From NCBI GenBank assembly GCA_003135135.1, contig PLDK01000003.1, positions 1,492-65,491 of the forward strand: a stretch of 64,000 nucleotides of DNA, read 5' to 3'. This stretch comes from Deltaproteobacteria bacterium (GTDB lineage: Bacteria; Desulfobacterota; Binatia; Binatales; Binataceae). Made by a program: the position numbers and the translations under genes. The notes under the pieces were generated by a model, which worked only from the letters and a program-made list of their open reading frames with translations, was not told the DNA's origin and ran no database searches. Shown here one piece after another: positions 49,391-59,716 of the stretch (positions are counted from its first letter, which is position 1; every line of letters starts with the position of its first letter).

Positions 49391-50371
49391 ATGTCCGATA
49401 CTCCCATTTTGATCGCGGGCGCCGGCGCGATTGGCTCGATCCTCGGCGGAATGCTGCATGATGCAGGGCACGACGTCACGCTGCTTGGCCGGCCAGCGCA
49501 TCTCGAGGCGATTGCACGCGGAGGCTTAAGAATTTCGGGACTGCTTGGCGATCGAATCGTCGCCGGCATGACGCTGGCCGACGATCCCGCCAGACTTGGC
49601 AGGCGCTTCGGATTAATCGTCTGCGCGGTCAAGAGTTATGACACCGAATCGATCGCGGCTGCGCTGGCCGACCGTTTGAGCGACGACGGCGCGATCGTCT
49701 CGATGCAAAATGGCCTGGGCAATATCGAGTCGTTGATCGAGAGCTTCGGACGGCGGCGCGTATTGGGCGCGCGCGTGATCTTCGGCGCGGAAATACCCAC
49801 GCCGGGCAGCGCGCACGTGACGGTTTTCGCGCAGCCGGTCGCAATCGGACCAGCGCCTGCGATTCATCGCGAGGACTCGCCGGCGCTGGCGGCGCGCGCC
49901 CGCGCGATCGCCGCAATGATCGACGCCGCCGGCGTTCCAGCGGTCAGTGTTGACGACATCATGCCCGTGCTGTGGATCAAGGTTCTCTATAACGTGGCGC
50001 TGAATCCGCTCGGCGCACTTTTGCAGCAGCATTACGGGGCGCTGGCCGGGGATCCGGACGTGAGGCCGATAATGGATCGCGCGATCGAGGAGGCATTCGC
50101 GGTCGCGCGCGCGCTCGGCATCGCCCTGCCCTTTTCGAGTGCGGCCGAATATCGAAAAGTCTTTTACGAGCAGATGATTCCGCCGACGTTCAGCCATCGG
50201 CCGACGATGCTGCACGATCTTCATATTCGTGGGCGCACCGAGATCGGCGCGCTCAACGGCAAGATCGTCGAGCTTGCCGATCGCCTGGGGCTCGGCGCGG
50301 AGACCAATCGGATACTCACTCGGCTCGTCCGAGCTGCGCAGCGCGTCACTGAAAAAAAGGAGCAACGATGA
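49391..50371 (+). CDS. panE: 2-dehydropantoate 2-reductase
   Basis: GAGAIG, AVKSYD, QNGLG, W.K...N.ALN and TEIGALNG motifs. Confidence 0.88.
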   Translation: MSDTPILIAGAGAIGSILGGMLHDAGHDVTLLGRPAHLEAIARGGLRISGLLGDRIVAGMTLADDPARLGRRFGLIVCAVKSYDTESIAAALADRLSDDGAIVSMQNGLGNIESLIESFGRRRVLGARVIFGAEIPTPGSAHVTVFAQPVAIGPAPAIHREDSPALAARARAIAAMIDAAGVPAVSVDDIMPVLWIKVLYNVALNPLGALLQQHYGALAGDPDVRPIMDRAIEEAFAVARALGIALPFSSAAEYRKVFYEQMIPPTFSHRPTMLHDLHIRGRTEIGALNGKIVELADRLGLGAETNRILTRLVRAAQRVTEKKEQR

Positions 50372-50844
50372 AGGCGGCGTCGATACGCCGCGCGAGCATG
50401 GATGCGATCGTCGCACAGGCTGAGCGCGAGTTCCCCTTCGAATGCTGCGGCTTCATCATCGGTGACAACGAAAACTCGGTCGAGGAAGTCCGCCCGGTCG
50501 CCAACATCCAGAACCGCATGCACGCCGAAGATGCGGCGGCGTTTCCGCGCGATGCGCGCGCGGCTTTCCTGATGGAGCCGAAGGAGCATCTGGCGGTAAT
50601 GAACGAAGTCGATCGGCGCAAGCTCGCGGTCCGCGCCGTTTACCATTCGCATCCCGATCACGACGCGTACTTTTCCGCGACCGATCGCGCGCAGGCGTGC
50701 TCATTCGATCCGCCGGCACCCGACTATCCCGGCGTCGTTTACATCGTGATGTCGATTCGCGCCGGCAAATTCGCGGGCGCAGCCGCGTTCGCCTGGGATT
50801 TCGAAAAGCACGAGTTCGCCGAGACGGAGTTAACCGTCGAATGA
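50368..50844 (+). CDS. JAB/MPN (M67) metallopeptidase, Mec+-like
   Basis: P.ECCG and YHSHPDHDAYFS.TD JAMM motifs. Confidence 0.87.
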   Translation: MKAASIRRASMDAIVAQAEREFPFECCGFIIGDNENSVEEVRPVANIQNRMHAEDAAAFPRDARAAFLMEPKEHLAVMNEVDRRKLAVRAVYHSHPDHDAYFSATDRAQACSFDPPAPDYPGVVYIVMSIRAGKFAGAAAFAWDFEKHEFAETELTVE

Positions 50845-50847
50845 ATG

Positions 50848-51138
50848 CGCGCCCGTTGGCACGGGCGGCCAGGGTTAAAAAAACAGATGGAGGTGGCGTG
50901 CGGTATAAGGACTCTTCACTCTCACCTTCGTCCCTCACCCTAACAGGAAGAGGCAAGGATCCGGGTTCCTTCGCTGCGCTCAGGATGACACAAAAGAAGT
51001 TCTAACAGGGCGAAGCCCGGCCGTTGGCACGGCTGGCCAGTATGCAGGGGCCGCGCGCGACAACGGAGCGCGGCCTTAACACTGGGTGCAGGGGTTACCC
51101 CTGCCACGGCGGGTTTCACATCAAATAAAGTGATTTCC
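50848..51138. repeat. composite REP-like cluster
   Basis: Includes TCCTTCGCTGCGCTCAGGATGACA (50967-50990; related to 56781-56824), the 21-mer shared with 794-814, and modules shared with 3113-3296. Confidence 0.65.
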
Positions 51139-51169
51139 GTTTCCCCACTGCATGCGCGGGGGGCGGGGA

Positions 51170-52486
51170 TCAGTTCTCCAACCTGGTGAATTCATCTTCC
51201 TTGCCGGCGATCTCGAGCGACATCCCGCGAGTTTCGTCGATCATCAGGCCGAACAGGATCGCAGCCGGGATTCCAATAATCGACAGCGCACCGACGACGA
51301 TCGACAGCCCGCCCATCGCGTTCGCCAGCATCGCGACCGCGGCATTGGAAATGACGGCGCCGATCGCGCCGACCAGTGCGAACCAACCGATCATGGTGCC
51401 GCGTAGCGGGGTGGGAAACAGTTCGGTCGCCGCCGCGTTGGTCGCGACGGTGCCCCCGTTGTCGCATACGTTGAACCAGAAAAACCCGCTCGCCAGCCAT
51501 ATCAACGGCCACGCGAAATGCGCCGGCGGTCCCCAAAAAAACCACAAATGTCCGGCGGTGATGAAAATGCCGAAGCCGACCACGGTCGGCACGCGGCCGA
51601 AGCGCTCGGCCGCCCACGCGCCGAGTGGAAACCCGACCAAGCCGATTCCGCCGGCGACGATCATCATCGCGCTGGCGGCGGCGGCCGACAGGCCGACCAC
51701 GGAAACCGCGTGGTAATAGCCGAAGGCGTTGGCGGCGGTGGTCGAGATTGCGACGGCCAGCGCGCATACGATCATCGTGATCGAGCGTTTGCGGTAGAGC
51801 GGCTGAAAGACGTCGTAAAAGTGCGACCTGGCGGTGAATCCCGCAGCTTCGGAGAGCTCCCATCGCTCGCTCTCGGGCAACAGCCGCGCCATCGCGGGCA
51901 GCATCGCGACGCCAGCCGCTGAAATCACGAACATCCATCGCCACGACCATCCGTAGGCCACGAAGATCGGCATGAGGAAAACGCAGAGTCCGGCTCCCAT
52001 CGAGGCCGCCAGACCGCCGAAACTTTGGCCGCGCGCGCGACGTGCGATGGGGAGCTCCTCGGAAAGCATCACGATACAGCCGGCGCCGGCGGCGCCGAGG
52101 ACCGCGTAGAGCGCGATCTGAAATGAAGTGAACGCGACAAAATTGGCCGCGAGCGCGGCCCCGATGCTGAAAACGGGAATCGCGGCCATGCACCACAGAA
52201 TCATGCGGCGGCGTCCGTGCCTGTCGATCATCCGTGAAAGCGCCAGCGCGCCCAGGGCAGAGAGCGAGATCCATGCGAACAGGCGGGCGATACCGGCGCC
52301 GTCGAGATGGAAGCTGATTGCGATCCACGGCGCCGCGACCGAGACAATCGAGGCCGCGAAGCCCTGATAGAAGAGCATCGCGACCAGCGCGATAACGGTC
52401 ACCCGCTCGCGCCGGGCGGACTGGCCGACGGCATCGAGCTGCTCGTGATTCGGGGTCGGGGCCGTCGGCGTCGCGGGATCAATCAC
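51170..52486 (-). CDS. MFS transporter
   Basis: DRHGRRR, ERFGR, ELFPT.LRG and ETRG motifs. Confidence 0.85.
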   Translation of the reverse strand: MIDPATPTAPTPNHEQLDAVGQSARRERVTVIALVAMLFYQGFAASIVSVAAPWIAISFHLDGAGIARLFAWISLSALGALALSRMIDRHGRRRMILWCMAAIPVFSIGAALAANFVAFTSFQIALYAVLGAAGAGCIVMLSEELPIARRARGQSFGGLAASMGAGLCVFLMPIFVAYGWSWRWMFVISAAGVAMLPAMARLLPESERWELSEAAGFTARSHFYDVFQPLYRKRSITMIVCALAVAISTTAANAFGYYHAVSVVGLSAAAASAMMIVAGGIGLVGFPLGAWAAERFGRVPTVVGFGIFITAGHLWFFWGPPAHFAWPLIWLASGFFWFNVCDNGGTVATNAAATELFPTPLRGTMIGWFALVGAIGAVISNAAVAMLANAMGGLSIVVGALSIIGIPAAILFGLMIDETRGMSLEIAGKEDEFTRLEN

Positions 52487-52504
52487 AAATAAATTCGGGG
52501 CCCC

Positions 52505-52948
52505 TCATGCGTCGGCGACCAGCTCAAAGACGGGCGTGCGCGACGCGACGGCGCCAAACGCGGTGGCGGGCGACCCGGCGGGCACGTCGAAGAAACGCTG
52601 AACCTGGGAGGCGAAGCGATCGAGGAACGCCTTGATAATCTCGGGCTTGTCGGCATCGGCAAGCTCGCGAACGGTCAGCGATTCGCAACTGGCGCCGCGG
52701 CGCAGCACGACGCGACCGGCGGCGCGCGCGTTGCGGGCCCATGCAGTCTCGCCGCGAGCAGCCACCAGCCATCGGCGACCCTGGAATTCAAGCAGGTTGA
52801 CGGGAGTGGTGAAGGCCAACCCCGATTTTCTGCCGCGGACCTCGAGCAGGCGCATGTATCGCGGCGCGATTCCGAGCCTGACGGCGCGGCCCATCAGGCG
52901 GTTGAAGAATCGAGCGAGCGCGCTTTCCTTCTGAAAAGTCTCGGGCAC
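52505..52948 (-). CDS. deazaflavin-dependent nitroreductase/quinone reductase (DDN-like)
   Basis: LLEVRGRKSG..TTPV, W.RN.RA and PVFEL motifs. Confidence 0.72.
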   Translation of the reverse strand: MPETFQKESALARFFNRLMGRAVRLGIAPRYMRLLEVRGRKSGLAFTTPVNLLEFQGRRWLVAARGETAWARNARAAGRVVLRRGASCESLTVRELADADKPEIIKAFLDRFASQVQRFFDVPAGSPATAFGAVASRTPVFELVADA

Positions 52949-53005
52949 GATGTGGAGGCCTCCGCGGCGAGGATATACGGCGAGCATACTCAGTGCATAG
53001 GCGCT

Positions 53006-54634
53006 TTATCCAAGCAGCTGGTATTCGGGTTTGTAGGTCTGCGATCGGACGAATTGCGCGATATCCTTCGGCGCCGGCACGCGCGCCAAGCCGCGCGCGA
53101 AAATCACCTCCGCCACGCGCGCGGCAGCATATAACTCGGTCTCGAATATCGCCGACACGGGCGGATAGATGAGCCCGGCATCGAGCTGGGCCGGAGTCAC
53201 CTGCTCCGCCACCGCGCAAGCGGCAGCTATGAACATCTCATTGGTCACGCGGGTTGCGCGGGTCGCATAGACCGCCAGACCTATGGCGGGAAAGATGTAA
53301 ATGTTGTTCCCCTGTCCGGGCACAAAGGTCTTGCCGCTAAGGTGCACCGGAGGAAACGGGCTGCCGCTGGCGAAGATGGCACGGCCCTCCGACCAGCGGT
53401 AAGCCTCATCGGCCGAACATTCGGAGTGCGAGGTCGGATTGGAGCAGGCGAAGATAATCGGGCGCCGGTTGATTCGCGACATCGTTTCGATCACGCGCTG
53501 GTTGAAGGCCTTGCCAACCGTGCTGACCCCGATGATCGCGGTGGGCTTGATCGACTCGATCGCATCGACAAAATCCCTGCTCGGCGCGTGGCGATGCGCG
53601 TAAGGCTTGTGGAAATCAGCCAGGTCAGTCCGGGTTGATTCCAGCAGTCCGTTTATGTCGAACAACCACAGTCGAGCGCGCGCATCCTGGGCGGCAATCC
53701 CCTCGAGTATCAACCTTTCGGCCAACAGGCCCGAGATTCCGATCGCGGCGGAACCGGCGCCGAGGAACAGGAAGGTCTGGTCGGAGAGCTTCCCGCCGGT
53801 GGGGCGAAGCGCTCCGAGAATTCCCGCAAGCGCGACCGCCGCGGTGCCCTGGATGTCGTCGTTGAAGCAGCAAATCCGGTCGCGGTAGCGGGCAAGCAGC
53901 CGGATGGCGTCGGTGCCGGCCCAATCCTCGAACTGGACGCAGCAATTAGGGAACTCTTCCTGAACCGCGGTTATGAATTCCTCGACAAACTCATCCAACT
54001 CGGCGATTGGCGGGCGCGTCTGGCGCAAGCCCAGGTAGAGCGGGTCGCGCAGCAACGCCTCATTGTTGGTGCCACAGTCGATGAGGATGGGGAGAGAATA
54101 CTGCGGCGGCACGCCGGCGCATGCGGTATAAAGCGCGAGCTTGCCGATCGGGATTCCCATGCCGTTTGCGCCGAGATCGCCAAGCCCCAGAATTCGCTGC
54201 CCGCTGCTGACCACGATGAAGCGTACGTCGCGTTGCGGCCAATTGCGGAGAATTTCGCGGACGCGGCCCTTGCGTTTGATCGACAGGTAAAGGCCCTTGG
54301 GGCGGCGTATGATGTGGCCGAACTGCAGGCAGGCCTCGCCCACCGTCGGGGTGTAGACGAGCGGCAGGAATTGCACCGGGTCCGACATGAGCACGCAGAA
54401 GAAAAGCGTTTCGTCGGTATCCTGCAGTTGCGACAAGTAGATGTACTTTTCGAGATCGTTCGGTTTTTGCGACAACTGAAGATGCACCCGCCGAATCTGA
54501 TCTGCCTCGGAATCGATCCCTTCGGGCAAGAGGCCGTGCAGGCCCAGCGCCTCGCGCTCGGACTCAGTGAACGCGGTCGATTTATTGAATTGCGGGTCAC
54601 GCAGAAGCGCCAAGCCACGCGGTGTACCTGCCAT
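53006..54634 (-). CDS. maeA: NAD(P)-dependent malic enzyme (SfcA/eukaryotic type)
   Basis: NKSTAFT, VYTPTVGEAC, RILGLGDLG, FNDDIQGTA, GAGSA and SNPT motifs. Confidence 0.92.
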   Translation of the reverse strand: MAGTPRGLALLRDPQFNKSTAFTESEREALGLHGLLPEGIDSEADQIRRVHLQLSQKPNDLEKYIYLSQLQDTDETLFFCVLMSDPVQFLPLVYTPTVGEACLQFGHIIRRPKGLYLSIKRKGRVREILRNWPQRDVRFIVVSSGQRILGLGDLGANGMGIPIGKLALYTACAGVPPQYSLPILIDCGTNNEALLRDPLYLGLRQTRPPIAELDEFVEEFITAVQEEFPNCCVQFEDWAGTDAIRLLARYRDRICCFNDDIQGTAAVALAGILGALRPTGGKLSDQTFLFLGAGSAAIGISGLLAERLILEGIAAQDARARLWLFDINGLLESTRTDLADFHKPYAHRHAPSRDFVDAIESIKPTAIIGVSTVGKAFNQRVIETMSRINRRPIIFACSNPTSHSECSADEAYRWSEGRAIFASGSPFPPVHLSGKTFVPGQGNNIYIFPAIGLAVYATRATRVTNEMFIAAACAVAEQVTPAQLDAGLIYPPVSAIFETELYAAARVAEVIFARGLARVPAPKDIAQFVRSQTYKPEYQLLG

Positions 54635-54924
54635 TTTGGTTTCGCTGTCCTCCAATCCTGATTTTCAGGTCCGAACCGGTGATCCGATCACCGGAAGATG
54701 TTGGTCTCGGCAAGCTCGACGCGGTCGCTGCCCGCAGCCATCCTGCGCGCCGCCCCAATCGCATTCAAGCCAGCGTGAATAAAGGCGTTTTAAGCGTAGT
54801 ATAATTTAGTAGTTTACCAGTAAAATGGAAGTCGGGGATTGCCATCCGATGTGCGCAGGATTGCATTACGCACCTGCGTTAGCATAGGAATTACGGTTCA
54901 CAAATTTTGCCGAGGAGCGATGAA

Positions 54925-56742
54925 GTGACGCCCAACCCCGACAACACAACCAATTCACCGACCGGCGGCCGCGCGTTGCGCGATTGGGTCAAGAAAGTAG
55001 CCCAGCTCACCCGGCCCGATGCCGTGGTCTGGTGCGACGGTTCCGAAGCGGAGAAAGATCGCCTCACCAAGCAGGCGGTCGCCGAGGGAATACTCATCGA
55101 GCTCAATCAGGCCAAACGGCCCGGCTGCTACCTGCATCGCTCGAACCCCAACGACGTTGCGCGCACCGAACAACTGACCTTCGTCTGCACTCCGAACAAA
55201 ATCGAGGCTGGTCCTACCAACAATTGGTCCGATCCCGCCCAGACGTACACCAAGCTGCGCGGATGGCTCAACGGCTCGATGCGCGGGCGCACGATGTACG
55301 TGGTGCCGTACGTGCTGGGCCCGCTCGGGTCGCCGTTCTCGAAGGTCGGCATCGAGCTCACCGACAGCATCTACGTCGTGCTGAACATGCGAATCATGAC
55401 GCGGATGGGCGCGGCGGTGCTCGATCAGCTCGGCGAGTCGCGCGATTTCAATCGGGGAATTCATTGCACGCTCGATTTGAATCCCGAGCGCCGGCTGATT
55501 TGTCACTTCCCGCAGGACAACACGATCATCTCGGTCGGCAGCGGCTACGGCGGCAACGCTTTGCTCAGCAAGAAATGTTTCGCGCTTCGGATCGCAAGTT
55601 CGCTCGGCCGTGACGAAGGCTGGCTCGCCGAGCACATGCTGATCCTCGGCCTGGAAAGTCCCGATGGCGAGACCACTTATGTCGCGGCCGCGTTTCCGAG
55701 CATGTGCGGCAAGACCAATCTTGCGATGCTGACGCCGCCGGCCGAGTTCAAGGGCTGGAAGGTGCACACGATTGGCGACGATATCGCGTGGCTGCAGGTC
55801 GGTCCCGACGGCGGCCTGTGGGCCGTCAATCCCGAGAACGGCTACTTCGCCGTCGCGCCCGGAAACAGCGAAAAATCGAACCTGAACGCGATGCGGATGC
55901 TCCAGCATGATTCGATCTTCACCAACGTCGCGATGACTCCCGACGGCGACGTGTGGTGGGAAGGGATGGACACGCCGGCGCCCGACGGTCTGCTCGACTG
56001 GCAGGGACGCCCGTGGAAAAAAGGCTCGCCGGACAAGGCCGCGCATCCCAACAGCCGCTTCACGACTCCGATGCGCAACAATCCCGCCTGGTCGCCGCAC
56101 GCGGACGATCCCCAGGGTGTGCCGATCTCCGCGATCATCTTCGGTGGACGGCGCGCCACAACGGTGCCGCTGGTGCTCGAATCGACGGACTGGACACACG
56201 GCGTCTTCATGGGCGCGACGATGGGTTCCGAAACGACGGCCGCGGCTGCAGGAGCGGTGGGAGTGTTGCGGCGCGATCCGATGGCGATGCTGCCGTTTTG
56301 CGGCTACAACATGGGCGATTATTTCGCTCACTGGCTCAAGATGGGGATCGCGATCAAGAAACTGCCGCGCGTCTTCATGGTCAACTGGTTTCGCAAGAGT
56401 CCCGACGGCGACTTTATCTGGCCCGGCTACGGCGAAAACCTGCGCGTGCTCAAATGGATGCTCGACCGAATCCATGGACGCGCAGGTGGCCGCCAAACGC
56501 CGGTGGGAATCGTTCCCAATCAGGCAGACCTCGATCTCAAGGGCCTCGATCTGCCCGCGAGCACCGCACGGGATGCGCTCGCCATAAATCCCGCGGAATG
56601 GAAGGCGGAGCTCGAATCCGCCGGCGAGTTTTTCGAAAAGATTGGTCCGACGATGCCGAAGGAATTGAAGGAACGTCGTCAAGCGATCCTCAAATCAATC
56701 CACGACGACGCCCCCGTTCAGCAAGTCGCCGCCGGCCGCTGA
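54925..56742 (+). CDS. pckG: phosphoenolpyruvate carboxykinase (GTP)
   Basis: GSGYGGNALL.KKC.ALR, WLAEHM, FPSMCGKTN, GDDIAW, HPNSRF and DPMAMLPFCGY motifs. Confidence 0.95.
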   Translation: MTPNPDNTTNSPTGGRALRDWVKKVAQLTRPDAVVWCDGSEAEKDRLTKQAVAEGILIELNQAKRPGCYLHRSNPNDVARTEQLTFVCTPNKIEAGPTNNWSDPAQTYTKLRGWLNGSMRGRTMYVVPYVLGPLGSPFSKVGIELTDSIYVVLNMRIMTRMGAAVLDQLGESRDFNRGIHCTLDLNPERRLICHFPQDNTIISVGSGYGGNALLSKKCFALRIASSLGRDEGWLAEHMLILGLESPDGETTYVAAAFPSMCGKTNLAMLTPPAEFKGWKVHTIGDDIAWLQVGPDGGLWAVNPENGYFAVAPGNSEKSNLNAMRMLQHDSIFTNVAMTPDGDVWWEGMDTPAPDGLLDWQGRPWKKGSPDKAAHPNSRFTTPMRNNPAWSPHADDPQGVPISAIIFGGRRATTVPLVLESTDWTHGVFMGATMGSETTAAAAGAVGVLRRDPMAMLPFCGYNMGDYFAHWLKMGIAIKKLPRVFMVNWFRKSPDGDFIWPGYGENLRVLKWMLDRIHGRAGGRQTPVGIVPNQADLDLKGLDLPASTARDALAINPAEWKAELESAGEFFEKIGPTMPKELKERRQAILKSIHDDAPVQQVAAGR

Positions 56743-56780
56743 CAGGCCCGCAGGATACGACGCGTTTGCGCCGCACCCTC

Positions 56781-56824
56781 TGTCATCCTGACGACGCGAG
56801 CAACGCGAGCCGAGGAAGGATCTC
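56781..56824. repeat. REP-like TGTCATCCTGA...GAAGGATCT element
   Basis: Inverted relative of 50967-50990; lies downstream of pckG. Confidence 0.55.
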
Positions 56825-56972
56825 GGACAGCTTCGCGCCAGCGAAGCCGGTACCGGTTTTGGAATCGCGACACCCGCGCCATCCGCTCCGCGCGGGCGTC
56901 TCGCCGGCTCGCTTCCAGCAGATCCTCGGACAGCTTCAGGTATATAGACTCCATGAGAGGTTCGCCTCGGCT

Positions 56973-58004
56973 ATGCGCAAAATATTGTGGGTGATTCCAT
57001 GCCTCGCTCTATGCTGTGGGTTCGCGTCATCGGGGTGGGCGGCGCAACCAGATTTGGCGTCAACCGATTGGTCGGTTAAATCTTCGCACAATCTGGCCAC
57101 CAACCCGCCGCCCGATGAAGCGGTATTAACCCTAGTGAAGAAGGTGAAAGACCTGGACGATCCACATCTAAGGTTGTGCTCGTCCCGCTTCGCCGACTTA
57201 CGTCATTCGGGCGATTTGTCTTTGGTGGTGTCAACAGACAGTGGGAGGTTTTGCGATGTCGAGATAATTGACAAGACCGCGTCAGGTTTCGAGGTATACG
57301 ATGTTGACAGCTCAAGCGCCCACCTTAGAGACATCAACGGAAGTGGGAGTCTCGAGTTGATCGCTGAGGTCGATTTAACCTCCTACGAAGGCGCGAGCCA
57401 CTGTCAGGCCACCTGGCCGGTGATATATGCTTGGACCGGCAATGGCTATGCTGACGTGAGCAGTCAGTATAGGGAATACTACCAGCAGCAGCTCGCGTTT
57501 CTGAAGAAAGAGATCGCCGCTAGATATTCCGCCAGTGAACAAGCGCGGGCGGCGGCTAGTCAGACGCCGGGTTCTGCGCCGACAGTGGTTCCGGCTCCGC
57601 CGGCCGAGTCGTTCTCCGAACCTGCGAAGGGCATGGGCGGCCGACGCGACGTCGCCCCTGCTGCAGCTCCGTCGCCAGCCGCTGCCTCCGCCGCCACGCC
57701 TGACCTGCGGGGCACGGACTGCATTAAAGCTGAAGCCGCGAAGATCGAACGATTCCTGGGCATCTCCCGGGACGCCGGGATGAGCGACGCGATACGATGG
57801 GCGAATAGCGATGACGTTTCGACGCGAGATTTTGCTACTGAGGTTCTGTCCGACATTGGGACTCCGGACGCGATCGTATATCTGCGGACCCTGAGCAACG
57901 ACTCGAATCCTATGGTGGCCCAGTCGGCAAAGTCCTTCCTCGCGGCCGTAGGACAAGGACCTATTCCCCATAAGATCGAACGGGAGCCGCTGGCCGATCA
58001 TTGA
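56973..58004 (+). CDS. secreted hypothetical protein with a C-terminal HEAT-like repeat
   Basis: Signal MRKILWVIPCLALCCGFASSGWA; DINGSGSLELI FG-GAP-like motif; Pro/Ala linker; LSNDSNPMVAQSA HEAT-like end. Confidence 0.65.
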   Translation: MRKILWVIPCLALCCGFASSGWAAQPDLASTDWSVKSSHNLATNPPPDEAVLTLVKKVKDLDDPHLRLCSSRFADLRHSGDLSLVVSTDSGRFCDVEIIDKTASGFEVYDVDSSSAHLRDINGSGSLELIAEVDLTSYEGASHCQATWPVIYAWTGNGYADVSSQYREYYQQQLAFLKKEIAARYSASEQARAAASQTPGSAPTVVPAPPAESFSEPAKGMGGRRDVAPAAAPSPAAASAATPDLRGTDCIKAEAAKIERFLGISRDAGMSDAIRWANSDDVSTRDFATEVLSDIGTPDAIVYLRTLSNDSNPMVAQSAKSFLAAVGQGPIPHKIEREPLADH

Positions 58005-58376
58005 TTCGCTATCTCCGACGAGGTCGCGCACCCTCGCACTTTCTCTGCGCCCGGTCCGAGTCTTTCGCCCTGTCACTGCGCTGCCGTCGCAACGGCCGGT
58101 TCAGGGATGAACTGTTCAGCCTGCCCGCGCCGCTCCTCGCGTGCTAGTCGATCCCCTATGGTCAACACTCATCATAATCGCCGCGGCCATGCCTCCAGCA
58201 TCGGGGAACCTGCTCGCGAAAAATTATTTTTGACGGAACAAAGCTAGCCCTTGTGGCCCATACGTCACTAGACCACAAGCAATGATATGAATTGCCCCTT
58301 TCCCAGCCCTGACAAGATACGGCCTCCAGAGCGTCTGCGGACTCCGGTGCCTCGACTGTTTGCGCGATCGCCGGCG

Positions 58377-59648
58377 CTAGTCGAGATGCTTGCGCAGGAA
58401 GGTCGGGATGTCGAGCTTGTCGTCGCCGTCGAGCAGCGAATTCGGCTCGAGCTTCTCTCCATCCACCAGGCCCGCATCCTCGCCGCGGCGCCTGAAAGCC
58501 GGAATGTCCAGCGAGCTGTCGTCCACGACCATCCCCATCCTGCGCACCGGCTTGTTGCCCGGGAACATCCTGACCTGCCCGGCCTGGGCCGCCGGCTTGA
58601 CCTCCATCGGATCGACGGGCCGCGTCGAGGCCGCCGCGATCGGTGTGGTGACGGGAGCGCCCGACGGCGAATAGCGCGCCGGACCCCGGTCGAGATCGCC
58701 GAATCCTGTGGCGATAACCGTGACGCGAATCTCGTCGGTCATGGAGTCGTCGATCACGGCGCCGAAAATGATGTTCGCGTCCTCGTGCGCCTCTTCCTGG
58801 ATCAGGCTGGCCGCCTCGTTGACTTCGTAGAGCGCCATGTCCGGGCCGCCGGTCACGTTGATCAGCAGGCCGCGCGCGCCCTTGATCGAGACGTCTTCGA
58901 GCAGCGGGCTCGAGATCGCACGCTGCGCGGCCTCGACTGCGCGATTTTCGCCCGACGCTGTCGCCGCGCCCATCATCGCCATGCCCATCTCGGCCATGAT
59001 CGATCGCACGTCGGCAAAATCCAGATTGATCAGGCCATGGACGGTGACCAGTTCGGAAATACCGCGCACCGCCTGCAGCAGCACGTCGTCAGCCTTCTGA
59101 AACGATTCCTTCAACGAGGTATTTTTGCTCGCGACCGAGAGCAGGCGTTGATTGGGAATCGTGATGAGCGTATCGACGGCGTTCTTGAGCTCGCGCAGTC
59201 CTTCCTCCGCCTGTGCCATGCGGCGGCGTCCTTCGAACTGGAACGGCTTGGTTACGACACCGACGGTCAGCGCACCGAGCTCGCGCGCGACGCGGGCAAT
59301 CACCGGCGCAGAGCCGGTGCCGGTGCCGCCGCCCATCCCGGCGGTCACGAACACCATCTCCGCTTCCGACAGGATTTCGCGGATCCGTTCTTCGTCTTCG
59401 AGCGCGGCCTTGCGTCCGATTTCAGGATTGCCGCCGGTGCCGCGTCCGCGCGTGATCGCGTCGCCAATCTGAACGCGCAGCGCAGCATGATTATTCTGCA
59501 GCGCCTGGATGTCGGTATTCACGGCTATGAAATCGACGTTGCGCAGCCCCACATTGATCATGTGGTTGACCGCATTGCCACCGCATCCACCAGCGCCGAT
59601 TACCTTGATCCTCGCGCCCGGGTCGGGATTACTCACCAACTCAATCAT
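58377..59648 (-). CDS. ftsZ: cell division protein FtsZ
   Basis: [26 protein letters not shown] and C-terminal LDIPTFLRK motifs. Confidence 0.98.
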   Translation of the reverse strand: MIELVSNPDPGARIKVIGAGGCGGNAVNHMINVGLRNVDFIAVNTDIQALQNNHAALRVQIGDAITRGRGTGGNPEIGRKAALEDEERIREILSEAEMVFVTAGMGGGTGTGSAPVIARVARELGALTVGVVTKPFQFEGRRRMAQAEEGLRELKNAVDTLITIPNQRLLSVASKNTSLKESFQKADDVLLQAVRGISELVTVHGLINLDFADVRSIMAEMGMAMMGAATASGENRAVEAAQRAISSPLLEDVSIKGARGLLINVTGGPDMALYEVNEAASLIQEEAHEDANIIFGAVIDDSMTDEIRVTVIATGFGDLDRGPARYSPSGAPVTTPIAAASTRPVDPMEVKPAAQAGQVRMFPGNKPVRRMGMVVDDSSLDIPAFRRRGEDAGLVDGEKLEPNSLLDGDDKLDIPTFLRKHLD

Positions 59649-59716
59649 TACAGATCCTCCTCCACCACCTACTGGCAAAGCTTGTTGCCCGATTAAATTT
59701 TTCTTTCGGCGACTTC

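Noticed and set aside
54955-56682. Long antisense/alternative ORFs (this one, also 11816-13132, 14690-15820, 58287-59696, 59816-61114)
   Set aside because: These are shadow ORFs opposite well-supported genes, as expected in high-GC DNA.
55953-56972. N-terminal half of the 683-aa ORF in the track
   Set aside because: It overlaps pckG in another frame and a REP; the real gene most likely starts at 56973 with a signal peptide.
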